This document shows, piece after piece, positions 9,091 to 13,627 of a stretch of 13,627 bases of DNA; within the stretch, counting starts at the first letter, position 1; every line of letters begins with the position of its first letter. The notes under the pieces are model-generated. The model worked only from the letters and a program-made list of their open reading frames with translations. It was not told the origin of the DNA and ran no database searches. Made by a program: the position numbers and the translations under genes. The DNA is from Candidatus Zixiibacteriota bacterium (GTDB lineage Bacteria; Zixibacteria; MSB-5A5; GN15; JAAZOE01), in contig JBDREQ010000006.1 of the NCBI GenBank assembly GCA_043819555.1, positions 1-13,627 on the forward strand, written 5' to 3'.

Positions 9091-9254
9091 TGTTCCACCC
9101 CCTTACGAAGTTCTTTTTCCATTCTTTCGAGCTCATCCAATTCCGAACGCATTGGACCGCCTGGTGCAGGCAATTGCTTAGGATCTTGCATAAGATACAA
9201 GAGTTTGGCAATTCCGTAAAATATGCTAACTGCTCCTATTACTAAATTGAACAT
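9081..9254 (-). CDS. Small single-pass membrane protein (57 aa), first gene of the ATPase-xis-int operon
   Basis: AAAGGAG SD 9 nt before ATG 9254. Hydrophobic N-terminus MFNLVIGAVSIFYGIAKLLYLM is followed by a Pro-rich linker and a charged helix. Confidence 0.65.
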   Translation of the reverse strand: MFNLVIGAVSIFYGIAKLLYLMQDPKQLPAPGGPMRSELDELERMEKELRKGVEQCQ

Positions 9255-9268
9255 TGTGTTCATCTCCT

Positions 9269-9296
9269 TTGACAAAATTTGTACCTATGCTAACAT
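9269..9296 (+). promoter_or_regulatory. Antisense sigma70 promoter overlapping the SD region of the operon's first gene
   Basis: TTGACA (9269-9274), 16-nt spacer, TAACAT (9291-9296), with an extended -10 TG. Confidence 0.5.
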
Positions 9297-9302
9297 GGAA
9301 GA

Positions 9303-9403
9303 CATCGTTCTTTCTCTTCCAGGTTAACGACTCAGTTTCCTCGCCCCGGACAACATCCTTTGACGGCATCCAGATGGATGCCCTCTGCTGTTCGGGGTTC
9401 TTT
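9303..9403 (+). ncRNA. Putative cis-antisense (countertranscript) RNA
   Basis: Lies downstream of the 9269-9296 promoter. It ends in the stem GCCCCGGACA/TGTTCGGGGT (G-U pairs on +) enclosing GGCATCC-agat-GGATGCC, followed by TCTTT. Confidence 0.4.
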
Positions 9404-9428
9404 AATTGGATTGGGAATTAGCGGGCAT

Positions 9429-9478
9429 AAAAAAACCCACCAATACCATTCTGGGATACCCAGATGTTATTGTGGGAT
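9429..9478 (-). terminator. Intrinsic terminator/attenuator in the leader of the ATPase-xis-int operon
   Basis: Minus strand CCCACAATAACATCTGGG-tat-CCCAGAATGGTATTGGTGGG long bulged stem followed by T7. Confidence 0.7.
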
Positions 9479-9528
9479 TGCTTCTCTAAATGTCGGCTGT
9501 CAGAAAACCTGACAATTCACTTAATGCT
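9429..9528 (-). ncRNA. ~100-nt leader/attenuated transcript (RNA2)
   Basis: Bounded by the near-consensus promoter 9535-9563 and the terminator 9429-9478. Contains the internal hairpin TGTCAG-gtttt-CTGACA (9514-9498). Confidence 0.5.
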
Positions 9529-9534
9529 AACCTA

Positions 9535-9563
9535 TTTATACTCAATCCTCCGCGAGATGTCAA
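9535..9563 (-). promoter_or_regulatory. Strong sigma70 promoter (P2) for the leader RNA and ATPase-xis-int operon
   Basis: Minus strand TTGACA (9563-9558), 17-nt spacer, TATAAA (9540-9535). Confidence 0.75.
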
Positions 9564-9566
9564 GCG

Positions 9567-9597
9567 AAAAAAAGATGGCCCACCCGAAGGTGGGCCA
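9567..9597 (-). terminator. Rho-independent terminator of the upstream sRNA
   Basis: Minus strand TGGCCCACC-TTCG-GGTGGGCCA (9-bp perfect stem, C-UUCG-G tetraloop) followed by TCTTTTTTT. Confidence 0.85.
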
Positions 9598-9755
9598 CTT
9601 CTCATTAGCATTAAGTGATTACCAACGAGAAGCTTGTCTACCTACCGCCAGCGTTGGACATTCTCCTGTTATTAGTCCACATCAACTTCCAAGGATTGAG
9701 AAGGAAGCCCTGGCGGCCTTAGTGACATGCTAAGCAAGCATGATCACCGAAACGC
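9567..9755 (-). ncRNA. Putative ~190-nt structured small RNA (RNA1)
   Basis: Has its own promoter (9761-9789) and terminator. Folds into a 5' hairpin (9748-9721), a three-way junction (9717-9644), a 14-bp hairpin with several G-U pairs that are valid only on the minus strand (9633-9597), and the terminator. Confidence 0.65.
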
Positions 9756-9760
9756 AAATT

Positions 9761-9789
9761 AATATGTACGATGAAAGACAATAAGTCAA
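9761..9789 (-). promoter_or_regulatory. sigma70 promoter (P1) for RNA1
   Basis: Minus strand TTGACT (9789-9784), 17-nt spacer, CATATT (9766-9761). Confidence 0.6.
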
Positions 9790-9809
9790 GACACTATATT
9801 ATCCAGAAT

Positions 9810-9957
9810 AATCCCGGCCTCACAATTCCGCGCCGGACCGGCTTCAGCGAGGCGAAAGCCTAACCAGCGTGTTTGAAACACCACCTTATATCGCAAACAC
9901 TTCTCACAGAGAAGCATGTCTCATTTTGGAGTAAGCGGAATTTATGAAGCCGGGATT
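9810..9957. other. ~150-nt multibranched stem-loop element directly downstream of the relaxase-like gene
   Basis: Closing stems AATCCCGGC (9810-9818)/GCCGGGATT (9949-9957) and AATTCCGC (9824-9831)/GCGGAATT (9935-9942). Internal hairpins AGGC-gaaa-GCCT, GTGTTTG/CAAACAC and CTTCTC-aca-GAGAAG. Confidence 0.6.
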
Positions 9958-9972
9958 CCAGGCTTGCGACAA

Positions 9973-11076
9973 TCAGTCTATTAGACTTCGCAAACCCTTT
10001 TTCGGATTAGATGTTTTCCAAACGTGGCGGAAAATCGATTCGGGATTTTCCAGTTCGAACTTATCAATCGGTGTAAACCAGAATAACGAACTGGTCGCAA
10101 TGTCTCGTCTGATCTGAGGAAGCTCAGCCAGAATGTTCGCCAACCGTCCGCCTACAACTCCCTCGCTGTCCAATTGCCCAGGTGTTATAAAAAGCACGGT
10201 GAACCCCTTGATCGGCTCAAGCTTTTCGTCCAGCATTTGGCCGGTCGTCCTTTTGAGTATTCCCAAATCGACTATCTGCCCGCCGCCGGTTTTTTTGTAG
10301 TAGTATCTTCTCGAATGCCCATGAGATTTTCGATAATACCAGAACCCCAGTACTTTTTTGCGAATATCCGACCCACTGCCTGTTGCAGATATCGGCATAG
10401 TTCCCCGATCAACCTCAAGGAAGTAATTCACTTTGCCTTTGCCAGCAACATGAAGTGAGAATATACCATCAGGATATACGGAATACCGATTGCCATTTTT
10501 ATCGTGAACGGCATCCATCAGCTCTCGCCCTTGTTTCCAAAACAGTAAGCGGATTTCTCCGCTTGACTGCTGGCAGGCAAGTTCGAGAATTGTCCTGAAT
10601 TTGGAAATTTCAAGGGCGTGTCGCAAAAAGAAGGGCTTCTTCTTATCGGATTTTATGACACTCCTGATTCTCTCAATTGAATCACCGGTCAATTTAGAAA
10701 TAAAATCCGCACTCTTGGGGCCAATACTGTAGATCGCTCTGGGCGATCCATAGCCCCGACCAATCGGCTCATCCGCAATGGGCTGTCTGTTCAAATATCT
10801 GGCATTGAAGAGTTGCATCAGTCGCTTTCTTAATGCCTGCTCCGTAAAGCCATATTGCTTTGGACGTTTCTTTCCGTCTTTCCCCACTTTATATTCTTTT
10901 GGCCGTTCACTGTATTTTGAGGCCAAAAGGTGCCAGAGCAATTCAAAATCCAAATATCGATATTCATTGATTATTTGGAGAATCTCGCTGTCTCTCTCAC
11001 GAAACGTCAGATTAGGGAAAGCACTTTCATCCGGGTCGAATCGAGACAATCTTTTCTTTGGGCTGGGTTTTTTCAT
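9973..11076 (-). CDS. Replication-relaxation (Replic_Relax) family protein, putative relaxase of the element (~367 aa)
   Basis: Pattern RD.EIL..I..YRYL, R.RL..L...YL.R, FLRHALEI, YPDGIFSL, YFLEVDRGTM, K...(F/Y), VLFIT (winged helix + PD-(D/E)xK-like core), next to a VirD4-like gene. CAGGA precedes ATG 11076. Confidence 0.8.
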   Translation of the reverse strand: MKKPSPKKRLSRFDPDESAFPNLTFRERDSEILQIINEYRYLDFELLWHLLASKYSERPKEYKVGKDGKKRPKQYGFTEQALRKRLMQLFNARYLNRQPIADEPIGRGYGSPRAIYSIGPKSADFISKLTGDSIERIRSVIKSDKKKPFFLRHALEISKFRTILELACQQSSGEIRLLFWKQGRELMDAVHDKNGNRYSVYPDGIFSLHVAGKGKVNYFLEVDRGTMPISATGSGSDIRKKVLGFWYYRKSHGHSRRYYYKKTGGGQIVDLGILKRTTGQMLDEKLEPIKGFTVLFITPGQLDSEGVVGGRLANILAELPQIRRDIATSSLFWFTPIDKFELENPESIFRHVWKTSNPKKGLRSLID

Positions 11077-11124
11077 ATTCAAGTTCCTGTCTGTTTCATC
11101 CGGCTTGCCGGATTCCGCTTCTCT

Positions 11125-11588
11125 TAAGATGCCCCCTCGTCGGCCCCGAAAGTCCCCTTCAGGGGACGGCCGCCCCACAAGGCCAAGCCGAAGGCGCAGG
11201 ATGAGTGGCTGGCGGTTCGTGGTTGCCCGACTCGACCCGCTTCGGCCGCAGTCCCACCTCAGAGAATACATAATGGGACAAGACCCGAAGACTGAAAAAC
11301 GCAGTTTTTCGGCTGAAGCCGAAGCCTCCTGGGAACCTGCCTGCTTCGCCCGGTATTACATCCTCCACCATCGCCAATAGCTCCACAGAAGCAGGTAGGC
11401 AGGAGGCAAGGGAAGGGGGTCGAGTCGGGCAACGAGCCGCGACATTATTCCATTGTATAGCCGCAACTTAGCGGCCTGTAAAAGTAGAATAGATAATTTA
11501 TCTATTCTACTTTACAATAAAGTCATTTTGAATGACTTTGCAAGGGAATAATGTCTGAGCGATGGCAGACCGACGAGGGGGCATCTTA
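11125..11588. repeat. ~460-nt nested inverted-repeat structure (candidate oriT / single-strand origin or large ncRNA)
   Basis: Perfect 19-bp IR 11125-11143/11570-11588 encloses a 17-bp IR 11222-11238/11417-11433, an 11-bp IR 11441-11451/11545-11555 and many smaller hairpins. Confidence 0.75.
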
Positions 11589-11594
11589 TCTTCA

Positions 11595-11638
11595 ACGACC
11601 ACGGCGTAAGTGGTCGTATTTCAATCACTGATTGAAAT
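11595..11638. repeat. Two adjacent perfect hairpins/palindromes
   Basis: ACGACCAC-ggcgtaa-GTGGTCGT (11595-11617) is immediately followed by ATTTCAATCA-c-TGATTGAAAT (11618-11638). Confidence 0.7.
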
Positions 11639-11652
11639 TGTTTTCAAGTAGC

Positions 11653-11790
11653 TTACGATGTTCGGCGTTTCTTGCAGTAATAGCACATTTTGCCAAACTG
11701 CACTTTCTTCTTGCATATCCTGCAATTCTTTGGATATCCAATTTTGATTTTTTGCCTTCCGAAAGGACGTTTTCCGTTGTATAAGCTCAT
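11653..11790 (-). CDS. 45-aa basic Cys4 (CxxC-x9-CxxC) zinc-finger-like microprotein, absent from the ORF track
   Basis: MSLYNGKRPFGRQKIKIGYPKNCRICKKKVQFGKMCYYCKKRRTS*. Its ATG overlaps the TGA of the RuvC-like gene (ATGA coupling). Confidence 0.6.
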   Translation of the reverse strand: MSLYNGKRPFGRQKIKIGYPKNCRICKKKVQFGKMCYYCKKRRTS

Positions 11791-12284
11791 GGTGTTTTAG
11801 ATATCAAATCTAAGTAAGTTAGGCCACACGCCACCGCGTCAGTAATATTGAAAAAGGTATTCAAGGACGAAGGTGATTGATTTTGGACGTATATCCGCAA
11901 TTCGGGATATCGATTCACAACAGCTCTTGAGAGTTCGGACTTGGTCGCATAGCCATTGTTCGATATTACTGATCGCACTGTATTGGGGGCGTATTCGATC
12001 AACCTGACAGAATGCTCCTTGGCGACTGTCTTAATCCTGGCAATCGCCAGAGTTAGCCGGATATTATTGGTGATTTGCGAAAATCTGTTCTTCTCGAGGA
12101 TTATCAGGGAAGGTTGTTTTTCCAAAATCAACCTTTCAAACACATTTTGAATATCATTCAGTAGGTTCTCAATCTTGGTGGCAGGTTTGAATAGCTTCAA
12201 ACCGTAATCAATAAGATGATAGTCTTCAAAATCTGCATAGCCCATTATTCTTGTTCCAGGATCAATCGCCAGAATTCTCATCAT
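11787..12284 (-). CDS. ruvC: RuvC-like Holliday junction resolvase (crossover junction endodeoxyribonuclease family)
   Basis: MRILAIDPGT..MGYA (catalytic D), P..IILE (E), EYAP..VR, G.ATK.E and TDAVA (D). About 165 aa, overlapping the XRE gene end. Probably an element-borne homolog rather than the host copy. Confidence 0.85.
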   Translation of the reverse strand: MMRILAIDPGTRIMGYADFEDYHLIDYGLKLFKPATKIENLLNDIQNVFERLILEKQPSLIILEKNRFSQITNNIRLTLAIARIKTVAKEHSVRLIEYAPNTVRSVISNNGYATKSELSRAVVNRYPELRIYVQNQSPSSLNTFFNITDAVACGLTYLDLISKTP

Positions 12285-12573
12285 CCTGGGAGTAGCATCG
12301 GTACTCCAATTGAATCTTGTTTTTCGCCTTAGCCTCATACATTTCTTCTTTCAATTGCTTAAATAAATCAAGGAAAAGAATCTCTACCGGACATTGAAGG
12401 GCCAAAGCAAGTCGTAGGCAGTTTCTTAATGAGGGTAGTTTCCTACCATGTTCGAAATGACAAATATGAGCTACGCATGATTGACCAGTTAATTTGGCAA
12501 CATCCCGCAACCGGAGGCCTCGCTCATGGCGATACCTCCGGATTTGATTTGGTAATGACTTTTCGCGGGACAT
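12262..12573 (-). CDS. XRE/Cro-family helix-turn-helix transcriptional regulator
   Basis: NQIRRYRHERGLRLRDVAKLTG....ICHFEHGRKLPSL...LRLALAL.CPVE.LF is an HTH_3 pattern. Confidence 0.88.
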   Translation of the reverse strand: MSREKSLPNQIRRYRHERGLRLRDVAKLTGQSCVAHICHFEHGRKLPSLRNCLRLALALQCPVEILFLDLFKQLKEEMYEAKAKNKIQLEYRCYSQDDENSGD

Positions 12574-12688
12574 AGCTATTTTTGTTTTTGTCTTTGTATT
12601 CCCATCCTAATTGGTAAGACAACACACTGCAATTGCTTGAAAGAGCTATTTGTCGTTTTGTCGGTCGGTGAGACCGGTAAAACAGATC

Positions 12689-12765
12689 ATTCTATCACAC
12701 TCACAAATTCTGTCAAGAGCACGGTATGTAGCTACATTGACAGCTTCCTTCGCTCGTGTTATGAT
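12689..12765. promoter_or_regulatory. Back-to-back divergent sigma70 promoters with a central 12-bp palindrome (candidate operator)
   Basis: Minus: TTGACA (12716-12711), 16 nt, TAGAAT (12694-12689). Plus: TTGACA (12737-12742), 17 nt, TATGAT (12760-12765). Both have an extended -10 TG. ATGTAGCTACAT lies at 12726-12737. Confidence 0.75.
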
Positions 12766-12796
12766 AAAGCCAAGGATATCCACTAAAACAAGAACT

Positions 12797-13495
12797 ATGA
12801 AAGACAAAAACGGGCGGTTTATAGGTTTTTATAGCCCGAAATATACCCAGGTGCCCGACGATCTGTTCGATGAACTGATGTCCGAACTCTCCGGATCGGA
12901 ATTAAAGGTCTTGTTATACGTTGTTAGACGGACCTTCGGATGGAAAAAAGACTCTGATAAAATAAGTCTTTCCCAAATGGCCAATGGTATTACCAAAAAA
13001 GATGGTACAATGCTTGATAGTGGTACTGGACTATCTAAACAGGCTGTATCAAGAGCAGTAAGATCACTTGTTAGCAGGGAAATCCTAATCCGACGACGTA
13101 ATCGTTCGGAAAAGAACAGCTTTGAGCCAACAGAATACTCATTGAATATAAGCGATTACCCCTTGTCAAATAATGTGACAAGGGGGGGTAGTCAAAAAAT
13201 GCAACAAAGGGTGGGTCACAAATGTGACATACAAGAAACAGTTAAACAAGATACAGAGAAAACGTTAAGTAAACCTGTGGATAACTCTCAGACCTTACAG
13301 GATAAAGAGCTTCTTGGACAAATCATGGTGACTTGCCGCGATCCTAACTCATTCAATTTCTATCGCAAAGTCGTCAAGGAAGTACCGAGATTCAAAGTCC
13401 TGAGTGCCCTCAGCCAAGTCAAAGAGGCCCAAGCTCTAGGGCGTGTTCGAAAAAACGCTGGAGCAATGTTCACGGACTTAATTAAACTGTACTGA
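12797..13495 (+). CDS. Replication initiator protein, lambda O / phage replisome-organizer-like N-terminal winged helix; last codons derive from an IS end
   Basis: YTQVPDDLFD..M..LSGSELKVLLYVVRRTFGWKK..DKISLSQ...G.....TGLSKQAV.RAV.SL is the Phage_rep_O-like pattern. Iteron-like repeats lie mid-gene. Start placed at the first ATG downstream of the promoter. Confidence 0.8.
   Translation: MKDKNGRFIGFYSPKYTQVPDDLFDELMSELSGSELKVLLYVVRRTFGWKKDSDKISLSQMANGITKKDGTMLDSGTGLSKQAVSRAVRSLVSREILIRRRNRSEKNSFEPTEYSLNISDYPLSNNVTRGGSQKMQQRVGHKCDIQETVKQDTEKTLSKPVDNSQTLQDKELLGQIMVTCRDPNSFNFYRKVVKEVPRFKVLSALSQVKEAQALGRVRKNAGAMFTDLIKLY
13159..13284. repeat. Candidate replication origin inside rep: iteron-like repeats plus a DnaA box
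   Basis: GTCAaataATGTGACA (13165), GTCAaaaaATGCAACA (13191) and GTCAcaaATGTGACA (13215). IR CCCCTTGTCA/TGACAAGGGG (13159-13185), then an A-rich tract and a perfect DnaA box TGTGGATAA at 13276-13284. Confidence 0.55.
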
Positions 13496-13627
13496 ACGAT
13501 ACTTAACTTGACAGTCACTTACCTCTGAGAGGTTTTTGGTTTAGGCCGTCAGTTTCTCTTCATTCTCCAGATTTGCATTATTTGCCAATTCCATTCCGTC
13601 AGTAAAAGTCTGAATCGGCGTTTTGCC
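13488..13627 (-). mobile_element. Right end of an IS481-family insertion sequence (truncated by the window edge)
   Basis: After the transposase-like stop, the minus strand ends ...CTGTCAAGTTAAGTATCGTTCAGTACA, matching the TGT...ACA termini and the TGTCA..T.AAGT internal motif typical of IS481 ends. Confidence 0.65.
13541..13627 (-). CDS. C-terminal fragment of an IS481-family transposase
   Basis: The minus frame reads GKTPIQTFTDGMELANNANLENEEKLTA*, resembling the GKTPxQTFxD..LA tail of IS481-type transposases. Confidence 0.65.
   Translation of the reverse strand, partial: GKTPIQTFTDGMELANNANLENEEKLTA

Noticed and set aside
9637..9667. Leader peptide MSNAGGR after AGGAG in RNA1
   Set aside because: SD-to-ATG spacing is only 1 nt and the ATG runs into a stem.
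9644..9717. Hammerhead ribozyme or purine riboswitch
   Set aside because: Topology is similar, but the junctions read UUGAUGU and AACG instead of CUGANGA and GAAA, there is no UH cleavage site, and the purine-aptamer core is absent.
9464..9733. 89-aa + strand ORF
   Set aside because: No SD and no recognisable motif. It is antisense to the promoter/terminator-bounded structured RNAs that explain the region.
11355..11366. MOB-P-type nic site (TACATCCTCC resembles YATCCTG)
   Set aside because: It mismatches at the conserved G and no HUH relaxase is encoded. Too weak to call, although the loop remains a candidate nick region.
10778..11386. ORFs 10778-11380 (+), 11159-11386 (-) and the 11077-11271 N-terminal extension of the Replic_Relax ORF
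   Set aside because: Arg/Pro/Gly-rich translations of GC-rich inverted repeats or antisense to a real gene. A better start with SD exists at 11076.
9270..11640. CRISPR or other tandem guide array
   Set aside because: The repeats are inverted and nested, not regularly spaced direct repeats with spacers, and no cas genes are seen.
11787..12284. TnpB/Cas12/IscB-type RNA-guided nuclease with the downstream structure as guide RNA
   Set aside because: The protein is a compact, uninterrupted ~165-aa RuvC resolvase without REC/WED, bridge-helix or HNH regions, and the structured element folds best on the opposite strand.

Overview
Bacterial chromosomal window with two parts. Bases 1-4990 are host genes: the tail of an unknown CDS, two paralogous prepilin/GspG-like pseudopilins, a fused AmmeMemoRadiSam B+A (MEMO1+AMMECR1) gene, a CPA2 cation:proton antiporter and an initiator tRNA-Met. 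From the tRNA 3' end (~4966) to the window end lies the left part of an integrated mobile element. Its minus-strand genes, listed by increasing coordinate, are a tyrosine integrase (stop codon inside the tRNA T-loop), an excisionase-like HTH, a VirD4/TraD-like coupling ATPase, two small hypotheticals, a Replic_Relax-family protein, an unannotated 45-aa Cys4 microprotein, a RuvC-like resolvase and an XRE HTH regulator. A divergent lambda-O-like replication initiator follows, and its extreme 3' end is interrupted by the end of an IS481-family element. The most unusual content is non-coding. Bases 9270-9960 hold several promoter/terminator-bounded structured RNAs, including a ~190-nt sRNA whose hairpin is complementary in three collinear blocks to the 5' end of the next transcript, and whose other loop matches that transcript's promoter spacer. 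Bases 11125-11640 hold a ~460-nt nested inverted-repeat structure plus perfect palindromes between the resolvase and relaxase genes. All family calls come from motif recognition by eye; no searches were run.
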